NCBI GenBank assembly: GCA_038055775.1 | Contig: JBBUHH010000064.1 | Coordinates: 1-36,554, forward strand | Length of the DNA stretch: 36,554 bases | Direction of reading: 5' to 3' | Source of the DNA: Patescibacteria group bacterium | GTDB taxonomy: Bacteria; Patescibacteriota; Minisyncoccia; Phycocordibacterales; UBA9973 | In this document: positions 14,249-21,768 of the stretch, piece by piece | Numbering within the stretch: position 1 is the stretch's first letter | Layout of the letters: every line of letters starts with the position of its first letter | The notes under the pieces: model-generated | Databases searched by the model: none | What the model saw: only the letters and a program-made list of their open reading frames with translations | Told to the model about the DNA's origin: nothing | Made by a program: the position numbers and the translations under genes

Positions 14249-16906
14249 CTATTTTTTTAACGCCTTTTTCAAATATTTCCCAGTATGACTTTTTGCATTA
14301 TTCGCCACTTCTTCTGGGATGCCTTTGGCTACTAGATTCCCCCCTTTTACTCCTCCTTCGGGACCGATGTCTATAATATAATCCGAACTTTTGACAATAT
14401 CCATATTGTGCTCTATCAAGACTACTGTGTGACCTTTAGTGACAAGTTTATTTAAAACCTCCAAAAGCTTTTGCACATCATCGTAATGTAACCCCACCGT
14501 AGGCTCATCTAGAAGATAAATTGTTTTCTCAAAATGCGGACGGAAGAGCTCGCTGCTAATTTTCACGCGCTGCGCTTCTCCGCCGGAGAGTGTCGTCGCC
14601 GACTGACCAAGCTCCAAGTACCCCAACCCAACATCCATCAAAGTTTGCAGTCTGTCGGCAATCTCTGGAATGTCTTTAAAAAATTGGAGTCCGTCTTCTA
14701 CGGTCATATGCAAAATTTCATGGATATTTTTTTTCTTGTATTTCACCGTCAGCGTTTCTTTATCAAAACGCTTGCCGTTGCACACATCGCAAGTGACATA
14801 AACCGTCGGCAAAAAATGCATTTCTACGGCAATTTCGCCGTTGCCCTCGCAAGCCTCGCACCGGCCGCCTTTCACATTGAAAGAAAAACGATTGGCTTTC
14901 CAACCGCGCAGGCGGGCTTCTTCGGTTGAAGCAAAAAGGTCGCGGATATGAGTAAATGCTCCCGTATATGTCGCCAAGTTCGAGCGCGGTGTACGGCCGA
15001 TGGGCGACTGGTCAATGAGAATCGCCCGTGAGAGGTATTCCGTGCCAGAAAAAGAAGAGCAATTGAAAACCTGCGCGGAACGATATTTTCTTTCATATCG
15101 CGCCTGAAGATTTTTATACAAAATTTCATACATAAAGGAGCTTTTGCCTGACCCGGAAACTCCGGTGATGGAAGTCATCACTCCAAGCGGAACTTCCACA
15201 TTCATATTGTTGATATTAAAAATTTTTCCGCCAGATATCCGAATCGCCCCTTTTCCAACTCTGCGCTTTTTAGGAACTTCTATTTTTAACTCATTTCGTA
15301 TATAACCAAGAGTTCTGGATTTATTCGTATTTTTCCCAGCAGTCAATAATTCATCTAAAAACCCGGAGGCAATCACTTCTCCGCCATGTACTCCAGCTTT
15401 TGGTCCTATATCCACTATGTAGTCCGAAGCATAAATTGTATCTTCATCATGCTCGACAATGAGGATCGTATTTCCTAAATCACGCAAGTTTTGCAAAGTT
15501 TTTATCAGTCTGTCATTGTCTCTCTGATGCAAACCGATAGTCGGCTCATCTAAAACATAGAGTGCGCCGACAAGTCTAGAGCCGAGCTGAGAAGCCAAGC
15601 GAATACGCTGGGCTTCTCCGCCAGAGAGAGTGTTCGCCTTGCGGGAAAGTTGTAAATAATCTAAGCCGACATCGAGCATAAATTCTAATCGCGCTTCGAT
15701 TTCGCGGACAACTGGCAGAGAAATTTCTTTTTCTTGTTCGGAAAGCTTTAGATTTTTGAAAAATTCATGAGCATCGGCGATAGATAAAGAAGCAAGATCT
15801 AAAATATTTACACGCCTATCCACCTCATCCCCCGCCTTCCCCTGAAAGGGGAAGGGGCTTCCCCCTCTCCTTTCAGGAGAGGGTTGGGGCGAGGTTAAAA
15901 AAACATTCAGCGCCTCTGGGCGAAGTCGCGCGCCCTTGCAGGCATCGCAAGGCTCATCGCCCATAAAATATTTTGAGCCGAGACCGTTGCAAGAAGGACA
16001 AGCGCCATATGGAGAATTGAAAGAAAAAAGGCGCGGTTCAATCTCCGGAAAGGAAAAACCGTCGTTCTTGCAAGCAAACTTGGCGGACATAATAAATTCT
16101 TCATCACTTATTTTAATTGTCACTAGTCCATCAGACTCAATTAGCGCGCGTTCTAAAGCTTCCGAAAGTCTTGTGCGGCTTGCTTCTTTGTTGTCCGCAA
16201 ACTCATGCACTGCAAAATGGTCGACCAATATATCTATATTGTGTGCCTTATTTTTCGAAAGAGTAATCTGTTCGCGCAATTTCTTCATCACGCCGTCGAG
16301 CCGGATTTCGGTAAAACCTTTGCCTAGTAAATCATACAGCAACTGGTAGTATTCCCCTTTTCGTCCGCGCACAATCGGAGAAAAAATGCTAACCTCCGTG
16401 CCAAGGACCGCCTTTGACATTTTTGGGCTCATGTCAAGGGCAGTCCTTGGCACTTTATTTATTTTCTCTAAAACAAAATTCAAAATTTCTTCATTGGAAA
16501 GTTTTTTGATTTCTTCGTCGCACAAGGGGCAATGCGGGTGTCCGATGCGTGCATACATTACACGCAAATAATCATAAATTTCTGTAATCGTGGCAACAGT
16601 AGAACGCGGATTGTTGGAGCGGGATTTTTGGTCAATGGAAATAGCCGGAGAAAGACCGGTAATCTCGTCCACATCCGGCTTGGGCATCTGGTTCAAAAAC
16701 TGCCGCGCGTAAGAAGAGAGCGACTCCACATACCGCCTCTGCCCTTCGGCAAAAATAGTGTCAAAAGCGAGTGAGGATTTACCGCTCCCCGAGACGCCAG
16801 TAATTACCACCATTTTATTGCGTGGCATTTCCACTGTGATATTTTTTAGGTTATGAGTTCTAGCCCCCTTAACCACTATTTTCTCCTGAAAATCTTTTTT
16901 GGTCAT
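14249..16906 (-). CDS. uvrA: excinuclease ABC subunit A
   Basis: Two ABC cassettes (GVSGSGKSS twice, [12 protein letters not shown] and [12 protein letters not shown]), zinc-finger cysteine clusters, and an N-terminal [11 protein letters not shown]. The stop is 1 nt from the uvrC start. Confidence 0.95.
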   Translation of the reverse strand: MTKKDFQEKIVVKGARTHNLKNITVEMPRNKMVVITGVSGSGKSSLAFDTIFAEGQRRYVESLSSYARQFLNQMPKPDVDEITGLSPAISIDQKSRSNNPRSTVATITEIYDYLRVMYARIGHPHCPLCDEEIKKLSNEEILNFVLEKINKVPRTALDMSPKMSKAVLGTEVSIFSPIVRGRKGEYYQLLYDLLGKGFTEIRLDGVMKKLREQITLSKNKAHNIDILVDHFAVHEFADNKEASRTRLSEALERALIESDGLVTIKISDEEFIMSAKFACKNDGFSFPEIEPRLFSFNSPYGACPSCNGLGSKYFMGDEPCDACKGARLRPEALNVFLTSPQPSPERRGGSPFPFQGKAGDEVDRRVNILDLASLSIADAHEFFKNLKLSEQEKEISLPVVREIEARLEFMLDVGLDYLQLSRKANTLSGGEAQRIRLASQLGSRLVGALYVLDEPTIGLHQRDNDRLIKTLQNLRDLGNTILIVEHDEDTIYASDYIVDIGPKAGVHGGEVIASGFLDELLTAGKNTNKSRTLGYIRNELKIEVPKKRRVGKGAIRISGGKIFNINNMNVEVPLGVMTSITGVSGSGKSSFMYEILYKNLQARYERKYRSAQVFNCSSFSGTEYLSRAILIDQSPIGRTPRSNLATYTGAFTHIRDLFASTEEARLRGWKANRFSFNVKGGRCEACEGNGEIAVEMHFLPTVYVTCDVCNGKRFDKETLTVKYKKKNIHEILHMTVEDGLQFFKDIPEIADRLQTLMDVGLGYLELGQSATTLSGGEAQRVKISSELFRPHFEKTIYLLDEPTVGLHYDDVQKLLEVLNKLVTKGHTVVLIEHNMDIVKSSDYIIDIGPEGGVKGGNLVAKGIPEEVANNAKSHTGKYLKKALKK
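15822..15895. repeat. GC-rich nested-palindrome element, two-hairpin form, inside uvrA (in frame)
   Basis: Outer ACCTCATCCCC...GGGGCGAGGT. Hairpins CCTTCCCC-tgaaa-GGGGAAGG (15835-15855) and CCCTCTCC-tttca-GGAGAGGG (15863-15883). Translated as [25 protein letters not shown]. Confidence 0.85.
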
Positions 16907-17000
16907 AAACGCAACGACACCCGCATATATTCATAGGGGGTGTATATCAATTATTAAACTCGGTTTAGTATAACAGAAAAAATTAAAAAGTCTCTTTTTC

Positions 17001-17267
17001 TTATTTAACCACCAATTTCAAACCAAGACCACTTGTGATTTTTTGAATAAATGAAAGAGTGGGATTTGTATTGCCAGTTTCAAAACGAGCAAGAGCTGAT
17101 TGAGTTACACCAATCTTTTTCGCCAGCTTCCTCTGAGACATACCTTTTTGAGCGCGAGCTAAGGCAAGTTTACGAATGATTGCAAACTTTGGTTGCATTT
17201 CATCATAAATTTTTCTTGCGCCAGGTCTTTTAAATAATTCTCTTTTAAGATCTGCTAATGTTTTCAT
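17001..17267 (-). CDS. higA: XRE-family HTH antitoxin (HigA-like)
   Basis: 88 aa with HTH MSQRKLAKKIGVTQSALARFETG. It lies directly downstream of a Gp49/HigB-like toxin gene. Confidence 0.7.
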   Translation of the reverse strand: MKTLADLKRELFKRPGARKIYDEMQPKFAIIRKLALARAQKGMSQRKLAKKIGVTQSALARFETGNTNPTLSFIQKITSGLGLKLVVK

Positions 17268-17275
17268 ACTATGAT

Positions 17276-17293
17276 GATATCATATATGATATC
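17276..17293. promoter_or_regulatory. perfect 18-bp palindrome between the toxin and antitoxin genes
   Basis: GATATCATATATGATATC fills most of the 26-nt toxin/antitoxin spacer. Candidate operator or internal promoter element. Confidence 0.4.
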
Positions 17294-17605
17294 TTATGGC
17301 AAGTACTTTAGTCTGTAAGTAGCTTTTTCTAAATCTTTTATTGGTATTTTTTGAGTTTTCTTAATAAACCCATGCAATATGTATATTTCATCCTTGTGGA
17401 AAGTGCACAAAATTCTCACAGATATTTTGCCCACAATTCTTAATTCATAAATTTTTTTATTTATTTTCTTTAACTTAGGTGGTCCAAGATGTACTCCAAA
17501 CTCATCAAGAATTTCTAATAACCCGAAAATTTTAAAAGCCAAATTATTATCAAGAGATTTTATAAACTCGTATGTGTCATCTCGTAAAAATTTCACTCTG
17601 TTCAT
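17294..17605 (-). CDS. higB: RelE/ParE-superfamily toxin, phage Gp49/HigB-like
   Basis: 103 aa. The pattern KKIYELRIVGKISVRILCTFHKDEIYILHGFIKKTQKIP matches the Gp49-type l-y-E-l-R...R-i-l-y...gf-KK-x3-P signature. The toxin-first gene order is typical of HigBA. Confidence 0.7.
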   Translation of the reverse strand: MNRVKFLRDDTYEFIKSLDNNLAFKIFGLLEILDEFGVHLGPPKLKKINKKIYELRIVGKISVRILCTFHKDEIYILHGFIKKTQKIPIKDLEKATYRLKYLP

Positions 17606-17688
17606 AGTTACTTAAAGTTTATCACAAAATTTCCTCCGCGTTTGAGAAATTATTAGCATATTTTCCCCTTTCTGTATATAATAAGCAA

Positions 17689-18051
17689 ATGAGTGAAAGT
17701 GCTCCAAACCCAAAAACCGGTGCGGATACTATCCGCGAAAAAGTTGAGTCAGCCCTTAAAGAAGCTGGGTTGGAGGAGGCATTGCAAGTCATCACGCGAC
17801 TCGAACAAGAAGTAAAGACTATGACTATGCCTGAAAGATTTAGCGGCACAAATATAGCTTCCAATCGTCCTTATACAGTCTCTGGTGAACCAGTAACCCA
17901 AGAAGGTTTAACAGAAGCAGAATTCAAAAGAAGAGAACTGTTGGCTGATTTGGGCGCGCTGAAGAAGAAAATTGAAGAAGCGAAACAAGGTCTAGTAGAT
18001 GTAACTACAGATATTGCAGCGACAGGACTTCCAGGAGGTTGGTTAACATAA
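17689..18051 (+). CDS. hypothetical protein (Glu/Lys-rich, predicted helical)
   Basis: 120-aa ORF with TATAAT (17677-17682) 6 nt upstream of the ATG, followed by the hairpin CGTTAGG-tcttg-CCTAACG and a copy of the 40-bp repeat. No family recognised. Confidence 0.45.
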   Translation: MSESAPNPKTGADTIREKVESALKEAGLEEALQVITRLEQEVKTMTMPERFSGTNIASNRPYTVSGEPVTQEGLTEAEFKRRELLADLGALKKKIEEAKQGLVDVTTDIAATGLPGGWLT

Positions 18052-18082
18052 GATTCGCGTTAGGTCTTGCCTAACGAAGTTG

Positions 18083-18122
18083 AATTTAGCATTAGCCCGC
18101 GACCGCTGCTTATTGCTATTTT
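18083..18122. repeat. TTTAGCATTAG...TTATTGCTA structured repeat, copy A
   Basis: AATTTAGCATTAGCCCGCGACCGCTGCTTATTGCTATTTTA lies between the convergent ends of the orphan gene and uvrB, followed by a T-run. Confidence 0.7.
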
Positions 18123-18829
18123 ATTTTTCTACCCGGGTTTTCAGCACCCCGATTTCTTCCCTTAATATCGCTGCGGATTCGAAGTCGAGTTCTTTGACGG
18201 CTTTGTTCATTTCTTTTTCTTTTAATTTTATTATTTCCGCAATGGATTTACCAAACACTTTGAAATCCAAAGCGAGTTTCGCATTGACTGCTTTCGCATG
18301 CTCGCTTTCTAACTCTTCGGTAATATCTTTTATCTTTTTTGAAATTGTCTTCGGAGTAATACCGTGCTTTTTATTGTAAGCAAGCTGAATGTTCCTGCGG
18401 CGGGCAGTTTCTTTGAGCGCAGAATTCATCGCGTCAGTCATTATGTCTGCATAAAGAATGACTTTGCCTTCGGCGTTGCGCGCCGCGCGGCCGATAGTCT
18501 GAATGAGTGAAGTTTATGAACGCAAAAATCCAGCTTTATCGGCATCTAAAATGCCAATGAGCGCGACTTCCGGTAAATCTAAACCTTCTCTCAAAAGATT
18601 GACACCAACCAAAACATCAAACCCGCCTTTCCTGAATTGCGTAAGAATTTTTATGCGCTCCATCGTCTTGATATCGCTATGCAAATATTCTGCTTTTATT
18701 TTCTTTTCTTTTAAATAAACAGAAAGATCTTCCGCCATTCTTTTGGTGAGGGTGGTGGCTAATACCCGAAAGCCTCGCGTGATGGTTTTTTCTGTTTCAG
18801 TTATAAAGTCTTGGATTTGACCAGGATAC

Positions 18830-18887
18830 ACCTCACCCCCGTCCCCTCTCCTTGACAAGGAGGGGGGTGCCGAAGGCGGGGTGAGGT
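18830..18887. repeat. GC-rich palindromic element inside uvrB (in frame), copy 1
   Basis: Outer ACCTCACCCC...GGGGTGAGGT, central hairpin CCCCTCTCCTTG-a-CAAGGAGGGGGG, and module TGCCGAAGGCGG. Translated as TPPSAPPSLSRRGDGGEVY. Confidence 0.85.
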
Positions 18888-19209
18888 CTGCGCTAACTCC
18901 TCGCACAACAGTCTCCGGATCAACAAGCCCAGTTGGGCGAATAATTTGCTCAACTACCTGTTCGCTTTCTTTTCTTTCCTGTTCGCCCGGGGTTGCGCTT
19001 GTATAAATTACCTGCCCGATACATTTCTGAAATTCCTCATATTTAAGCGGTCGGTTGTCTTTCGCCGAATGCAGGCGGAAGCCATATTCCACAAGTGTAT
19101 TTTTGCGCGAAGCGTCCCCCGCGTACATGCCTTGAAGCTGAGGCAAGGTCACATGAGATTCGTCAACTATAGTAAGAAAATCTAGTATCAGACTTTCTTT
19201 TCCATCTTG

Positions 19210-19252
19210 CCTCCCCCTTGATAAGGGGGAGGTGCCAGAGGCGGAGGGGGTA
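19210..19252. repeat. GC-rich palindromic element inside uvrB (in frame), copy 2
   Basis: Perfect 10-bp stem CCTCCCCCTT-gat-AAGGGGGAGG (19210-19232), then TGCCAGAGGCGGAGGGGGTA. Translated as PSASGTSPLSRGRQDGK. Confidence 0.85.
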
Positions 19253-20237
19253 TGCGGAAAATACGAAAGCAATGTCTCCGGCGGTTCGCCTTCTTTTTTG
19301 CCGGAGAGATGTCTTGAATAATTCTCAATACCGTTGCAATAGCCGATTTCTTTAATCATAGCTAGGTCATAATTCGTTCGGCGTTTGATTCTCTCTGCTT
19401 CTAGTAATTTTTTTTCTTTTTTGAATTTCTTCAATTGCGCCGCTAATTCTCCTTTTATCAAAACCAACGCTTTTTTCTTTTTTACATCTTCGGTAATAAA
19501 ATGTTTTGCCGGAAAAATAAAAATACTTTTTTCATCTTTTATGATATGCGCAGAAATTGGATTAACTTTTATTATTTTAGAAATCACTCCGTTCTCTATT
19601 TCAATTTGGTACATAATAGTTTCTGAAACAGGTATAAGTTCCACTCTAGAACCCAGAGAACGGAAAGTTCCGGGAATCAAATCCGCGTTGGTGCGTTCAA
19701 AATGTATAGCAACAAGAGACTTCATCAAAACCATGCGATCCATTTTCTGCCCGACTTCAAGTTTCAGATTAACTTTTTCATATTCTTCGGGACTGCCCAA
19801 TCCGTAAATGCAAGACACAGAAGCGACGATGATAACATCCGGTCTGGTCAAAAGCGCCTGCGTGGAAGCGTGGCGCAACATGTCTATTTCTTTGTTTATG
19901 GAAGCGTCTTTTTCAATGTAAGTGTCCGAAGCGGGCATGTACGCTTCCGGCTGATAATAATCATAGTAAGAAACAAAATAATGCACGGCCACCTCGGGGA
20001 AAAATGTTTTGAACTCCTGCGCCAGCTGAGCGGCAAGAGTTTTGTTGTGCGCAATTACTAAGGTTGGCTTGTTATACTGCGCGATAACATTCGCTATCGT
20101 AAAAGTCTTGCCCGTCCCCGTAGCGCCTAGAAGCGTCTGTCTTTTCATCCCCATCCTTAAGCCTGATATCAATTTTGAAACAGCCTCCGGCTGGTCCCCC
20201 GCCAGAAGCCAGGGCTGATGTAACTTGAAAATAGACT

Positions 20238-20384
20238 TCATCTACTTAACATACCATCCAAAGTCAATTCGTCAACACCGCCTTCAAAGGAATCGTAAGC
20301 CCTTACTACAATATAATAGGCTATGGCAGAAGTTACTATCGTAAAAATGAGAAAATTTACTAGCGTTAAATTAATCCTGTGCAT
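20238..20384 (-). CDS. candidate 48-aa single-TM small protein, translationally coupled to uvrB
   Basis: Not in the ORF track because it is under 60 aa. It reads MHRINLTLVNFLIFTIVTSAIAYYIVVRAYDSFEGGVDELTLDGMLSR. Its TGA stop overlaps the uvrB ATG (ATGA). Extended -10 TGaTAAACT lies 7 nt upstream of its ATG. Confidence 0.3.
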   Translation of the reverse strand: MHRINLTLVNFLIFTIVTSAIAYYIVVRAYDSFEGGVDELTLDGMLSR

Positions 20385-20398
20385 AGTTAATAGTTTAT

Positions 20399-20410
20399 CA
20401 CAATATTGTG
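20399..20410. promoter_or_regulatory. perfect 12-bp palindrome overlapping the putative uvrB-operon promoter
   Basis: CACAATATTGTG. On the minus strand its last two bases are the TG of the extended -10 TGaTAAACT (20392-20400). Confidence 0.35.
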
Positions 20411-20473
20411 GTCAGGAATAGTTTTCTGCTGGAAACTTTCCCGACCCAGACTCGCGCCGTCGCACTCCGTTTC

Positions 20474-20498
20474 GCACAAAACACCCCGTGTTTTGTGC
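20474..20498 (-). terminator. 11-bp-stem hairpin immediately 3' of tRNA-Lys
   Basis: GCACAAAACAC-ccc-GTGTTTTGTGC overlaps the last 3 nt of the tRNA. No clear U-tract follows on the minus strand, so it may be a processing or termination structure. Confidence 0.35.
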
Positions 20499-20568
20499 GC
20501 CCGCTCGGGATCGAACCGAGGACCTTATCCTTAAAAGGGATCTGCTCTACCGACTGAGCTACGGGCGC
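20496..20568 (-). tRNA. tRNA-Lys (anticodon TTT)
   Basis: Reverse complement: GCGCCCG-TA-GCTC-AGTCGGTA-GAGC-A-GATCC-CTTTTAA-GGATA-AGGTC-CTCGG-TTCGATC-CCGAG-CGGGCGC-A. Confidence 0.9.
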
Positions 20569-20577
20569 ATAGTTTAA

Positions 20578-20606
20578 AATATATATGAAATAAGCCTAAA
20601 AATCAA
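20578..20606 (-). promoter_or_regulatory. putative promoter of tRNA-Lys
   Basis: On the minus strand: TTGATT (20606-20601), 17 nt, TATATT (20583-20578), 9 nt upstream of the tRNA 5' end. Confidence 0.5.
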
Positions 20607-20611
20607 GATAA

Positions 20612-21259
20612 TTAGAACACTTCCAGTAAAAACCGTTCAAAAACGGATTCATCGTCGTAGCCCTTCTTGCGGGCTTCCGGCAATAAATAGCTTAGACGAA
20701 GAGCGGAATTCTTTAGTTCATTTTCCGAAAATTTGCCGAAATTTTTCTTTAAAAGCATGTCCTTGATTTTCCAAAAAAGCACACCGATAATTTCTTCCAT
20801 CCCCACCCCTCTATCCATTGCCTGCCGAAAATAAATCCACATATTTAATTTATCTTTTTGCCCGAAAGCGTTGGCAACCAAAAAATTATCGAATTTTTCT
20901 TTTTTTTCCTTCGGCAACTCAAAAACATTTATTTCGGAACGCGCTTGTTTGAAAGCATCCAGTATGGGCTTGTTTAATTTGCTCTCCAAAAAAACAAAAG
21001 TGTTCGCCGACTCTTGCATTAATTTCAGTTTGCCTAAAACAAAATCCCGCGTTTCTTCGTAGTCTAAGATATTTTGGAAAAGCGCCGCAGAAAGGGCGGA
21101 AAAAAGGCTTGAACCGGAATAAAGGCTCTCTATTTGCGCCGGGTCAAAATTATTTCGGCTTATTGAAAATTTTTCTGTGCTGACAGGGATAGAACTTATG
21201 AATTTTTCATAGTAAATAAGCTTGTTTTTGGCATCATCCCCGGCAAAGAGGTACAGCAT
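20612..21259 (-). CDS. DNA polymerase III delta subunit-like protein (short HolA)
   Basis: 215 aa. The N-terminal LYLFAGDD...K pattern and helical C-terminal half resemble HolA. Weak assignment, made by eye only. Confidence 0.4.
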   Translation of the reverse strand: MLYLFAGDDAKNKLIYYEKFISSIPVSTEKFSISRNNFDPAQIESLYSGSSLFSALSAALFQNILDYEETRDFVLGKLKLMQESANTFVFLESKLNKPILDAFKQARSEINVFELPKEKKEKFDNFLVANAFGQKDKLNMWIYFRQAMDRGVGMEEIIGVLFWKIKDMLLKKNFGKFSENELKNSALRLSYLLPEARKKGYDDESVFERFLLEVF

Positions 21260-21262
21260 AAA

Positions 21263-21742
21263 TTAAAATTTAACAACTTTTTTGTATTCCAAATAAGAAG
21301 CGCCGTATTTTTCCTCAAGCATTTTCTCCGTCTTAGCCTGAAATATAAATTTCTCAATAAAAAAAGAAATGAGTGTGGTTAAAACCACAAAGAAAGCGTT
21401 AGCGATAAATCCAAATCCCATTACCAAGAGGAAAAGCCCGAAATGGGTAGGATTGCGGGTATAACGGTAAGGGCCGCTGTAAAAAGCGTGTTTATCAAGA
21501 CTGTCTTGCTTGAAATTATGCGAAGTTCTTTCCGTCCAAATAATCACAAAAGTTCCGAAAACTAAAAGCGTAAAACCGGCTGGTATTAAAATAGAACTGG
21601 AAAAAATTGAAACCTGAAAAATAAGGTCCAGCGTCACACCGATCAAAAACAGCAGAAAAAAAACATAATGGGAATGCACTAAAATTCGGCGAACTTTGTG
21701 CTTAGGAGGATTAATGTTGGCTTCTAAACTCTGCGCTTCCAT
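21263..21742 (-). CDS. isoprenylcysteine carboxyl / phospholipid methyltransferase-family membrane protein
   Basis: Four TM helices and the motif GPYRYTRNPTHFGLFLLVMG, typical of ICMT/PEMT-like enzymes. Confidence 0.6.
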   Translation of the reverse strand: MEAQSLEANINPPKHKVRRILVHSHYVFFLLFLIGVTLDLIFQVSIFSSSILIPAGFTLLVFGTFVIIWTERTSHNFKQDSLDKHAFYSGPYRYTRNPTHFGLFLLVMGFGFIANAFFVVLTTLISFFIEKFIFQAKTEKMLEEKYGASYLEYKKVVKF

Positions 21743-21768
21743 TTGACTATTCTAGCACAAAAAATAAA

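Larger units (their letters stand above)
18121..20241 (-). pseudogene. uvrB: excinuclease ABC subunit B: one reading frame interrupted by a single in-frame TAA at 18514-18516
   Basis: ORFs 18514-20241 and 18121-18441 are in the same frame. The read-through reads ...DADKAGFLRS[35 protein letters not shown].... The stop occupies the position of the Glu in the conserved GFLRSE[13 protein letters not shown] block. Walker A GATGTGKT, DESH box and a C-terminal UVR domain are present. Confidence 0.85.

Noticed and set aside
18080-18379. 99-aa plus-strand ORF, along with similar long antisense ORFs inside uvrA, uvrB, polA, the ABC-F gene and pilB
   Set aside because: They lie entirely opposite well-conserved coding sequence and have low-complexity, hydrophobic or Ser/Phe-rich translations with no start signals. 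They are treated as shadow ORFs.
18514-18516. The in-frame stop in uvrB explained by an alternative genetic code (code 25 or code 4 type)
   Set aside because: The codon is TAA, not TGA. TGA and TAA terminate normal-length conserved proteins throughout the window, for example TGA at 4583-4585. I saw no other conserved gene interrupted by TAA.
10126-19252. The GC-rich palindromic repeats considered as a CRISPR array
   Set aside because: The copies are kilobases apart, irregularly spaced, heterogeneous in length (41-74 bp) and mostly inside conserved genes. There are no repeat-spacer periodicity and no cas genes. The only Cas2-like fold is the C-domain of a PaaX-type regulator.
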